From the NCBI GenBank assembly GCA_963814495.1, contig CAWFDJ010000016.1, positions 28,106-92,105 of the forward strand: a DNA stretch of 64,000 nt. Reading direction: 5' to 3'. Within the stretch, counting starts at the first letter, position 1; every line of letters begins with the position of its first letter. Positions 29,794 to 39,872 of this stretch are shown here, in pieces. A model generated the notes under the pieces. The model ran no database searches and was not told the origin of the DNA. It worked only from the letters and a program-made list of their open reading frames with translations. This stretch comes from an uncultured bacterium (GTDB taxonomy: Bacteria > Actinomycetota > Geothermincolia > Geothermincolales > Geothermincolaceae). Both the position numbers and the translations under genes were made by a program.

Positions 29794-30976
29794 AATTTGG
29801 GGTCTGACCCTAAATTCAGTAACTCGACGAGGTCGTAGACGGGCAGGCCGCCGGACGCGCGGGAGGTGTCGCCCAGGTTGGCCTCGCAGAAGGGGCAGCA
29901 GGTGACCAGGGCCTCGGCCCCGGTGTCCGCGGCCTCCTCCAGGCGCGCCGCCGCCAGTTCCGCCGCGAAGGAGCCGTGGGCGGTGCGCACGCCGCCGCCC
30001 GCCCCGCAGCAGAGGGAGTTCTCGCGGACGCGCTCCATCTCCACCAGCTCCAGGCCGGGGATGGCCTCGAGGACGCGCCGGGGCGCGTCGAAGACGCCGC
30101 CGTGGCGCCCCAGGTGGCAGGGGTCGTGGTAGGTGACCCGCATCTTCACCTCGGGCGGCTCCAGCTTCCCCTCCTCCAGCATCCTCACGAGGAACTCGGA
30201 GAGGTGCAGCACTTCCGCGTCCAGCGCCCCCAGCTTGGGGTACTCGTGCCGGATGATCCCGTAGCACCCGGCGCAGGCGGTGATGATGGTCGACGCGCCG
30301 CAGCGCGCGAAGGTCTCCAGGTTGCGCCGGGCCAGGTCCTCGTAGAGCCCGCGCTCCCCCACCCGCAGGGCGGTGGAGCCGCAGCAGGCCTCGTCCTTGC
30401 CGAGGATGCCGAAGTCCACGCCCATCCTCTGCAGCAGCTCCGCCGTGGCCACCGCCACCGGCTGGGCCGCGGCCACGTAGGCGGCGGTGCATCCCGGGTA
30501 GTAGAGGACCTCCGCCTGCTCCCGCGGCAGGGTCTTCAGGCGCAGGCGCTTGGCCCAGCGGTCGCGCGACTGGCGCGGCTGCATCCAGGGGTTGTCGTAG
30601 TTGATCACGCTCTTGAGCAGCGCCTCCTGCGCCTCCAGGGGGCCCAGTCCTTCCCGCACCGCCAGGCGCCTCACCTCCATCAGCAGCTCGGTCACCTGGA
30701 TGCCCATGGGGCAGCGCGACTTGCAGGAGTAGCACTGCGAGCAGTAGTAGAGCACCTCCGGCCGGAGGACCTCCTCCTTCCGGCCCAGTTGCAGCAGGCG
30801 CACCAGCTGGCGGGGGGTCACTTCCCAGGCCCGGGCGGTGGGGCAGGAGCCCACGCAGGTGCCGCACTGCATGCAGGAGAAGAGCTTCTTCCCCGCCTCG
30901 GTCTCGCACAGCAACTCGCCGAAGAAGCCCGGCTCGCTGCCGTCCAGCTTCAAGGTGTGGTCGTCCATCATCCATC
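29766..30976 (-). CDS. HdrD/GlcF-like Fe-S oxidoreductase: 2 x [4Fe-4S] ferredoxin motifs + 2 CCG domains
   Basis: CMQCGTCVGSCP and CSQCYSCKSRCP; CCG motifs ..YYPGCTAAY..CCGS.. and ..YHDPCHLGRH..CCGAGGG..; ATGA start overlap with hdrA stop. Confidence 0.75.
29793..29816. terminator. Near-perfect palindrome AAATTTGGGGTCTGACCCTAAATT (copy of 27764..27788)
   Basis: Read directly; lies between convergent repeat protein 2 and the hdrD-like gene, which reads through it. Confidence 0.45.
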
Positions 30977-32926
30977 TCCCGGAGTCAGCGCGTCGATCTG
31001 GTCCAGCAGGACGTCGTCGCCCAGGTTGAGCACCTGCAGGGCGCCCGAGAGGCACTGCACCACGCAGAGTCCGCAGCCCTTGCACAGCACCTCGTTCACC
31101 TTGACCAGGCCCTCCTCCTCTTCCGAAAGGGTCAGCGCTCCGTAGGGGCAGGCTTCTACGCAGAAGCCGCAGCCGCGGCACAGCTCCGTCTCGGCCACCA
31201 CCACCGCCGCCTCCACCTCGACCTCCCCCGCGGCCAGCAGGGCCAGCGCTTCCGCCGCCCCGGCCGAGGCCTGGGCCACCGCGTCGGGGATGTCCTTGGG
31301 CCCCTGGCAGCACCCCGCCACGAAGACGCCGGCGGCGGAGGTCTCCACCGGGCGCAGCTTGGGGTGGGCCTCCAGGAAGAAGCCGTCCGAGTCCCGCGCC
31401 ACCGCGAAGAGGCGCGCCAGTCCCTCCGACTCACGGCGCGGCTCCACCGCGGTGCCCAGCACCACCAGGTCCACGTCCACCTGCACCGGCCGGCCCAGCA
31501 GGGTGTCCTCGGCGTAGACGCGCAGGCGGTCGCCGGCCCGCACCACCTCCGAGCACTTGCCGCGGGTGAAGACCACCCCGTCCTCCCGCACGCGCTGGTA
31601 GAACTCCTGGTAACCCTTGCCGAAGGCCATCACGTCGATGTAGAACTCGTACACCTGCGCGCCGGTCTTCTCCCGCGCCAGGTGGGCCTGTTTCATGTTG
31701 TACATGCAGCAGATGCGCGAGCAGTAGGGGTGCTGGTTCTCGTCCCGGCTGCCGATGCAGTGGAGGAAGGCGATGGCCCGCGGCTCGCTCCCGTCCTTCT
31801 TCAGGATGCGCCCCCCGGTGGGGCCGTTGGAGCTGGAGAGGCGCTCGAACTCCAGGCCGGAGATGACGTCGGGGTAGCGGCCGTAGCCGTACTGGGGCAT
31901 GGCCGCGGCGTCGAAGAGGTCGTACCCGGTGGCCAGCACCACCGCCCCCACCTCCAGGTCCAGGAACTCCTCCTCCTGGTCGAAGTCGATGGCGCCGGGC
32001 GCGCACGCCTCCAGGCACTTCTGGTTGCACTTGCCCTTGGTGAAGTGGAGGCAGCTCTCCGGGTCCACCACCGCCGAGAGCGGCACCGCCTGGGGGAAGG
32101 GGATGTGGATGGCGGAGCGGGCGGCCAGCCCCGCCTCGAATTCCGAGGGGACCTTGCGGACGGCGCAGACCGCCGAGCACTCGCCGCAGCCGGTGCAGGC
32201 CCTGGCGTCCACGTAGCGCGGGCGGCGGCGCACCAGCACCTTGAAGTTGCCCACGTACCCCTCCACCTTCACCACCTCGCTCGAGGTGAGGATGTCGATG
32301 TTGCTGCGGCGCGCCGCCTCCACCATCTTGGGGGTGAGGATGCAGGCCGAGCAGTCCAGGGTGGGGAAGGTCTTGTCCAGCTGGGCCATGTGCCCGCCGA
32401 TGGAGGCGTCCTTTTCCACCAGCCAGACCTGGTAGCCCGCCTTGGCCAGGGTGAGGGAGGCCTGGATGCCGGCGATGCCCCCGCCCACCACCAGGGCGGC
32501 CGGGGTGACCAGCGTCCGCCGCCGCCTTAAGGGCCGCAGGCGCGCCGCCTTGGCCACCGCCGCCCTGACCAGGTCGGCGGCCTTGCGGGTGGCCTCGCCC
32601 CGGTCGTCGTGCACCCACGAGCACTGCTCGCGGATGTTGGCCACCTCCAGGCAGTAGGGATTGATGCCCGCGTCCTCCAGGGCGGCGCGGAAGGTGGGTT
32701 CGTGCATGCGCGGGGAGCAGGCGGCCACCACCACCTTCTCGATGCCTTCCTCGCGGATGTCCCGCTTGATGAGGCCCTGCCCCGCGTCGGAGCACATGTA
32801 GTCGTAGGTGCGGGCCACGCGCACGCCGGGCAGCTCGCGGGCCAGGCGAGCCAGTTCCTCGCAGTCCACGCTCGCCGCGATGTTGGTGCCGCAGTGGCAG
32901 ATGTAGACGCCGATGTCCTTCTTCAT
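30968..32926 (-). CDS. hdrA: HdrA-like FAD-dependent Fe-S oxidoreductase (QmoB-like); all-Cys, no Sec
   Basis: 652-aa intact ORF; N-terminal ..VYICHCGTNIA..CSDAGQ..; FAD-binding GGGIAGIQASLTLAKAGYQV; C-terminal two ferredoxin motifs CRGCGFCVEACP / CKGCGLCVVQC. Confidence 0.75.
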   Translation of the reverse strand: MKKDIGVYICHCGTNIAASVDCEELARLARELPGVRVARTYDYMCSDAGQGLIKRDIREEGIEKVVVAACSPRMHEPTFRAALEDAGINPYCLEVANIREQCSWVHDDRGEATRKAADLVRAAVAKAARLRPLRRRRTLVTPAALVVGGGIAGIQASLTLAKAGYQVWLVEKDASIGGHMAQLDKTFPTLDCSACILTPKMVEAARRSNIDILTSSEVVKVEGYVGNFKVLVRRRPRYVDARACTGCGECSAVCAVRKVPSEFEAGLAARSAIHIPFPQAVPLSAVVDPESCLHFTKGKCNQKCLEACAPGAIDFDQEEEFLDLEVGAVVLATGYDLFDAAAMPQYGYGRYPDVISGLEFERLSSSNGPTGGRILKKDGSEPRAIAFLHCIGSRDENQHPYCSRICCMYNMKQAHLAREKTGAQVYEFYIDVMAFGKGYQEFYQRVREDGVVFTRGKCSEVVRAGDRLRVYAEDTLLGRPVQVDVDLVVLGTAVEPRRESEGLARLFAVARDSDGFFLEAHPKLRPVETSAAGVFVAGCCQGPKDIPDAVAQASAGAAEALALLAAGEVEVEAAVVVAETELCRGCGFCVEACPYGALTLSEEEEGLVKVNEVLCKGCGLCVVQCLSGALQVLNLGDDVLLDQIDALTPGDG

Positions 32927-33045
32927 CCCAGCCGCCCCCGGTGGCCCGGTCCGGCCGGGCCTCCTCCACGATCATCACAACCGTCGAGACAAAACGGAAA
33001 GAACCGTCGATTGTAGTCACTGGTGCGGCGAGTCAACTGCGTAAG

Positions 33046-33059
33046 TTAGTAGATACTAA
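33046..33059. promoter_or_regulatory. Palindrome TTAGTA-ga-TACTAA in the 267-nt divergent promoter region between hdrA and the CoA-transferase gene
   Basis: Inverted hexamers read directly; local AT-rich patch in a 70% GC genome; candidate operator. Confidence 0.3.
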
Positions 33060-33193
33060 GTATTATCCGCATTCCCTCCCGCGCTTGTCAATCGAGTGTG
33101 CGCCGTGCCGCCGGAAAGAGTCGCCCGGCGCGTTGTCCGGTGATTTCGGCCTGTGATATCATAGGCCCGGACCATGGAAGGAGGAGGGGATAG

Positions 33194-34342
33194 ATGGCTA
33201 GACCGCTCGACGGGATAAGGGTCCTGGACCTCACCCAGCTGCTGCCCGGGCCCTACTGCACCGGCATACTGGCGGACCTCGGCGCCGAGGTCATCAAGAT
33301 CGAGCCGAGGGGGGGCGATTTCGGGCGCCTCCTGGCAGGCATGTTCGACCAGGTCAACCGGGGAAAGAAGAGCATCACCCTCAACCTCAAGGACCAGCGG
33401 GCCCAGCGCGTCTTCCATCGCCTGGCCTCGACGGCCGACGTGGTGGTGGAGGGCTTCCGCCCCGGCACCACCGACCGCCTGGGCGTGGGCTACGAGGCCT
33501 GCCGGGAGACCAACCCTCGCCTCATCTACTGCTCCATCTCCGGCTTCGGCCAGGACGGCCCCTATCGCGACCGGCCGGGCCACGACATCAACTACATGTC
33601 CCTCGGCGGGGCGCTCAGCCTGCTCAAGGGGCGTGACGGCCACCCCGTCAACCCCGGCCTGGAGATGGCCGACGTCACCGCGGGCCTGGAGGCGGCCGTG
33701 GCCATCCTCGCCGCCCTGCTGGCGCGGGGCAACACCGGACGGGGCCAGTTCCTGGACATCTCCATGCTCGACTGCGTGGTCTCCATCCTCCCCATGCACG
33801 CCAACACCTGCCTTTCCCTGGGAATGGTGCCGCCCACCAACCTGACCGACATGTGCTCCCATTACCGCGTCTTCGACACCGCCGACGGCGAATACCTGGT
33901 CATGGGGATCGTGCACGAGGACTGGTTCTGGACCAACCTGGCGGACGCGCTGGACGGCTTCGAGGACGTGCGGGACCTCAAGCACGCGCAGCGCATGGAG
34001 CGCCGCGACGAGCTCATCCGGCGCATGTCCGAGGCCTTCCGCACCCGGACCCTGGCCGAGTGGCTCGAGCACCTGGAAGGCCGGGACATCCCCTACTCCA
34101 CCATCAACGACGTCGCCCAGGCCCTGGAGGACCCGCAGGTGCTGCACCGCGGGATGAAGGTGACCATCCCCGGCCCCGGCGGCGACGTCACCTGCGTCGG
34201 CACCCCCTACAAGCTGTCCGATACCCCGGTCACCTTCGACGCCCCCGCCCCCGGATTGGGCGAGCAAACCGATTCCATCCTGGCCGAATCCGGGTTCTCA
34301 CCAGCGGAAATAACCGATCTGCGCGAGGCCGGCGTGATTTAG
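33194..34342 (+). CDS. Family III CoA-transferase (CaiB/BaiF/Frc family)
   Basis: MARPLDGIRVLDLTQLLPGPYCTGILADLGAEVIKIEP..VVVEGFRPG.. canonical family III N-terminus; 382 aa intact. Confidence 0.8.
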   Translation: MARPLDGIRVLDLTQLLPGPYCTGILADLGAEVIKIEPRGGDFGRLLAGMFDQVNRGKKSITLNLKDQRAQRVFHRLASTADVVVEGFRPGTTDRLGVGYEACRETNPRLIYCSISGFGQDGPYRDRPGHDINYMSLGGALSLLKGRDGHPVNPGLEMADVTAGLEAAVAILAALLARGNTGRGQFLDISMLDCVVSILPMHANTCLSLGMVPPTNLTDMCSHYRVFDTADGEYLVMGIVHEDWFWTNLADALDGFEDVRDLKHAQRMERRDELIRRMSEAFRTRTLAEWLEHLEGRDIPYSTINDVAQALEDPQVLHRGMKVTIPGPGGDVTCVGTPYKLSDTPVTFDAPAPGLGEQTDSILAESGFSPAEITDLREAGVI

Positions 34343-34454
34343 GGGGATTTGGGGAATTTTGTAGATTTCTCTTGATTTATGCCCCCCGTTTGTTAATTAT
34401 ATAGTCCATGAAGATTTCCAAGGGGATTTCGGCGCCAGGGTGGAAGGAGACGAC

Positions 34455-35066
34455 ATGATCAAGATCCTGGGTTTGGCGGGCAGCCCCCGCCAGAGCGGCA
34501 ACACCGCCCACCTCCTGCAGGAGGCCTTGAACGGGGCGGAAGAGGCGGGCGCCGCCGTGGAGAAGGTCTTCCTCTGCAAGAGGAACATCTTCCCCTGCAC
34601 CGGGTGCGAGAGTTGCGTCAAAGACCGGCGAGTGCATCCTGGACGACAGCATGGACCAGCTCTACAAGAAGGTGCTTGCGGCCAACGGCCTGGTCATCGC
34701 CGCCCCCATCTATTTCAATTCCGTGAACGCCCAGACCAAGGCCTTCATCGACCGTTTCCAGTGCATCTGGGAGCGGAAGAACGTCCTCGGCTTAGACAGT
34801 CACCGACCCGGAGACCCGTGACTCGCGCCGCGGCCTCTTCCTCTCGGCGGCCGGGCTGGACAACCCCCGCGCCTTCGAGGGGGCCATCAAGGTACTGGAC
34901 ATCTTCTTCGAGACGGTGGACATCACCTACTACGAGCGCCTGCTCTTCTTCAAGATGAGCGACAAGGGAGCGGTGCAGCGGCACCCCTCGGCCCTGGGCG
35001 ACGCCTTCCGGGCCGGCGGCCACCTGGTGGAGGAGATCTCCCGCCACTTCTCCGGCGAGGCCGAAT
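34455..35066 (+). CDS. NADPH-dependent FMN reductase / flavodoxin-like protein with CxGCxxC motif (frameshifts near 34630 and 34800)
   Basis: MIKILGLAGSPRQSGNTAHLL..IFPCTGCESCVK..GLVIAAPIYFNSVNAQTKAFIDRF.. across frames; RBS GGAAGGAGA before ATG 34455. Confidence 0.6.
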
Positions 35067-35075
35067 AGGGAGAAC

Positions 35076-35234
35076 GGCCTACCGCGCGGAGGCCGACATG
35101 ATGGCGGTGCAGCGCGCGCAGTCCTTGCGCTCGCACTCTCCCCAGCAGGAGACGCAGAACCACTCGCCGCACAGGGGGCAGTAATCGAACCGGGACCAGT
35201 GCCCGCAGATGTCGCAGCTTCCCGTCATACGCAT
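35076..35234 (-). CDS. Unlisted 52-aa Cys-rich zinc-ribbon-like small protein
   Basis: Minus-strand translation MRMTGSCDICGHWSRFDYCPLCGEWFCVSCWGECERKDCARCTAIMSASAR* (8 Cys); RBS AAGGAGGTG 4 nt upstream of ATG; below the 60-aa ORF-track cutoff. Confidence 0.45.
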
Positions 35235-35390
35235 TCACCTCCTTTCACGATCTTCTCATAAGATCCCATTGAAGCAGGCGTTTCTTCAGAAAAGGTTGAG
35301 GGCGGGTTAAATCCCGGTGAATCTTTTATGATGCCGGTGCTTGGAGCTCAAGGGCCGGCTGAAATATAATACAGGTTACTGGAGGCGGCA

Positions 35391-36512
35391 ATGGACAGGA
35401 TACCGGTCTGCGGCGAATGCGGCATTCCACTGATGGTCAGCGGCGAGTTGCGCTGGGAGGGCAACGGCGTCATCTATTCCAACAGCTCGCCCCGCAACCG
35501 CTGGGTCTTCTACGAATCCGAGAACATCGACCCCCTCTTCCGGGGCGTCAGGGAGCTCATCGGTGCCCCCATCGACCACATCGTCATCGAGAGCCGGCGC
35601 CGCGAATCGCGCAGGTACCTCGAGAGGACCTTTCCGCCGGAAGTGCGCCGGCTGCTCTACGACCAGCTCGACGAGTCCGGAAAGCAGGTCCGGATGACGC
35701 CGGAGGAGCGGGCCACCAGGTTCGAGGTCTCCAGGAACATCACCGTCAGCGTGCACGACGTGGCCCGGGTCTTCGGTTACGGGGACCTGGCCCCCGGCAG
35801 CCTCTGGGAGGCCGGCGACGACCACCCCTGGCGCTCCACCATGGTGCGCCACCCCTATTCCGTCCTCTTCCAGGCAGCCGAGAGCCTGGGCTCCTGCGAG
35901 GCCTTCGAGGGCCGCGACCTGTGGGTGGAATACGAGCAGGCCGGCGAGGACCTCTACCGCATGGACTCCTTCCCCCACGAACACCCCCTCGAGCTGAAGG
36001 AGCGGCTGAAGCGGCGGCACTACGACTTCAAGCCGGGTGACATCGTCTACGAACGCTGCGCCTGCGGCATCCCCCTGGAGATAACCAGGTACGGGTGGGA
36101 CCTGGACAAGGGCATCATCGTCGATCCCGACACCGGCCGGCGCATGGCCGTCTTCGGCCCCTACTCCCTCGATTCCGTCTTCGACGACCTGGAGGAAGAG
36201 CTGGGCGAGGCCGTCCCGGAGACCATCATCGAAGCCCAGCGGCTCTACATCAGGCAGGCCTGGAGCGAGGACGTATGGAAACGGGGGGCGGCCGACTTCA
36301 AGCGGCTGCTGGCCCTGCGCGGGCTGGGCTACCTCGCCGGCTTCGAGGGAGACCGCGGCTACCTCACGGTACACATCACCAACTCCTGCCTGCACCTGCT
36401 GATGGTGGGGATCGTCCAGGCCCTGATGGAGCTGGTCTACAAGTCGGAGCGGTCCACCAGCTCCTGGGAGTTGAGCGGCGAAGGCGACCTCGAGGTCACC
36501 GTCCGCCCGTGA
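35391..36512 (+). CDS. Hypothetical protein with two CxxC-initiated repeats (paralog of 21047..22123)
   Basis: ..VCGECGIPLMVSGELRWEGNGVI.. and ..ERCACGIPLEITRYGWDLDKGIIV..; collinear with 21047..22123 product. Confidence 0.6.
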   Translation: MDRIPVCGECGIPLMVSGELRWEGNGVIYSNSSPRNRWVFYESENIDPLFRGVRELIGAPIDHIVIESRRRESRRYLERTFPPEVRRLLYDQLDESGKQVRMTPEERATRFEVSRNITVSVHDVARVFGYGDLAPGSLWEAGDDHPWRSTMVRHPYSVLFQAAESLGSCEAFEGRDLWVEYEQAGEDLYRMDSFPHEHPLELKERLKRRHYDFKPGDIVYERCACGIPLEITRYGWDLDKGIIVDPDTGRRMAVFGPYSLDSVFDDLEEELGEAVPETIIEAQRLYIRQAWSEDVWKRGAADFKRLLALRGLGYLAGFEGDRGYLTVHITNSCLHLLMVGIVQALMELVYKSERSTSSWELSGEGDLEVTVRP

Positions 36513-36612
36513 CGGCGGGTATAATGAATCCCTCATGGCCCCTTTACCTTGGGGCCGGGTCTCGATTCTTTACCTTTTATGATCGTCCCGAGAGGCGGAG
36601 GGGAGGTGTGAG

Positions 36613-37652
36613 ATGAGCGCGGAAGTAAGGCTGACGCAGTGGTCCAGCAAGGCGGGCTGAGCTGCCAAGCTGGGTCCGGAGGACCTCAAGGACATCCTTA
36701 AATCGCTGCCTCCCGAGCGGCGCGAGGAGTTGCTGGTGGGGCTGGAGACGCCCGACGACGCGGCCGTCTTCCGCCTGCAGCGACGAGCTGGCCCTGGTGC
36801 AGACGGTGGACTTCTTCACCCCCATCGTGGACGACCCCTACCTCTTCGGGCAGATAGCCGCGGCCAACGCCCTCTCGGACATCTTCGCCATGGGGGGAAA
36901 GCCCCTGACCGCCATGAACATCCTCTGCCACCCCTGCAAGCTGGGGAGCGAGGTGGCGGTGGAGATCCTGCGGGGCGGCGCGGACAAGGTCCGGGAGGCG
37001 GGCGCGGTGATCGTGGGCGGCCACACCGTGGACGACGAGGAGCCCAAGTACGGGCTGGCGGTCACCGGGGTGGTACACCCCGGGCGCATCCTCACCGCCG
37101 CGGGGGCTCAGCCGGGCGACCTGCTGGTGCTCACCAAGCCCATCGGCACCGGCATCCTGGCCACCGCGCTCAAGGGGGACTTCCTCGAGGCGGAGGGGAT
37201 GGCGGAGGCCGTGGAGGGCATGCGCGCGCTCAACGCCGCGGCTTCCGGAGGTGGCGCTGGAGGCGGGCGCCCGCGCCTGCACCGACGTGACCGGCTTCGG
37301 CCTGTTGGGGCACCTGCTCGACATGCTGGCGGGCGGCGGGGTGAGCTGCGTCCTCGAAGGCGGGGACGTGCCCCTTTACCCCCGGGTGATGGAGATGGCG
37401 GAGATGGGGATGGTCCCGGCCGGCGCCTACAACAACCGCGCCTTCTACGGGGACAGGGTCTCGGCGGACGGCCTGGACGAGCTGGTCCTGGCGGTGCTGT
37501 GCGACCCCCAGACCTCCGGCGGCCTGCTGCTGGCCGTGCCGCCGGAGCGGGTGGAGGAGGCCCTGGCCGGCCTGGAGGAACGCAATCCCGGCGGTGGGCG
37601 GGTCATCGGGCGCTTCACCGAACCCGGCCCCATCCCCTTGACGATAGAGTGA
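36613..37652 (+). CDS. selD: Selenophosphate synthetase SelD, selenoprotein form (in-frame TGA at 36658..36660; frameshift near 36781)
   Basis: [25 protein letters not shown].. aligns with the SelD active-site GxGC/U..K region; downstream ..[25 protein letters not shown].. AIR-synthase-like fold. Confidence 0.85.
36674..36686 (+). promoter_or_regulatory. Candidate SECIS hairpin GGUCC-GGA-GGACC, 13 nt 3' of the selD UGA
   Basis: Perfect 5-bp stem read from sequence at the canonical bacterial SECIS distance. Confidence 0.35.
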
Positions 37653-37775
37653 CGGTGCCAGGCACCATCACTTTTTCGTCACTTTTTCCGTCACTCTCTG
37701 CCGCGGCTCATGGTCAGGCCATTTTCAATGGGATTATGCTAAAATTTATATACTTTCATTTTTGAGGAGGAGCGC

Positions 37776-38359
37776 ATGGATAGACGGCAATACGGTGGAC
37801 GCGCGGGGGCTGGCCTGTCCCCAGCCGGTGGTCATGACCAAGCAGGCCCTGCGGGAGGCCGCCGGTCCCCTTACGGTGCTGGTGGACAACCCCACGGCCC
37901 GGGACAACGTCACCCGCTTCGCCCGCTCGCAGGGGTGCGAGGTGGAGGCGCGGGAGGAGGACTTCGGCTTCAGCCTGGAGGTCACCCCGGGGCGCCGGGG
38001 AGGCCGCGGCGACCGGGGAGAGCGGCGCGCATCTCTTCGTCCTCTCCTCGGACTTCATGGGCAAGGTCGACAACGACCTGGGGCACCTGCTCGTCAAGGC
38101 CTTCCTCAACACCCTGGCGGACCGGGACGACCTCCCCTCCCACCTCGTCCTCTTCAACAGCGGGGTGGTCCTGGCCTGCGGGGAAGCGGAGACGGTGGCC
38201 CCGCTCAAGCGGCTGGAGGGCCGGGGCGTGTCCATCCTGGCCTGCGGCACCTGCCTGGACTTCTTCGGTCTCAAGGAGGAACTGCGGGCGGGCATGGTCA
38301 GCAACATGTACGAGATAGTGGACGCGCTGGCGGGAGCCGGCAAGTGCATAACGATTTAA
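37776..38359 (+). CDS. yedF: YedF-type selenium metabolism protein (TusA-like + DsrE/DsrF-like); probable 1-nt insertion after the ATG
   Basis: ..[24 protein letters not shown].. (TusA CPxP motif) and ..[34 protein letters not shown].. (DsrE-like); RBS GAGGAGG + ATG 37776. Confidence 0.6.
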
Positions 38360-38365
38360 TACGAT

Positions 38366-38428
38366 GTCATTGCGAGCAAGCGAAGAACGATCCATGAGAT
38401 TGCTTCGTCGCAAGCTCCTCGCAATGAC
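38366..38428. repeat. 63-nt imperfect palindromic intergenic element, copy 2
   Basis: GTCATTGCGAGCAAGCGAAG...CTTCGTCGCAAGCTCCTCGCAATGAC; shares an identical 27-mer with the element at 4276..4331. Confidence 0.5.
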
Positions 38429-38446
38429 ATGGAAGGTAGGAGGCGG

Positions 38447-39868
<1,422 letters not shown>

Positions 39869-39872
39869 ACAG

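Noticed and set aside
30968-32926. HdrA as a possible selenoprotein
   Set aside because: The ORF is uninterrupted for 652 codons with Cys at all Fe-S and active-site positions; no in-frame TGA.
36781-36783. Second in-frame disruption in selD as a possible recoding site
   Set aside because: The break is a +1 frameshift, not a stop codon, and the conserved ..[20 protein letters not shown].. continues in the adjacent frame, so an indel error is far more likely than programmed frameshifting.
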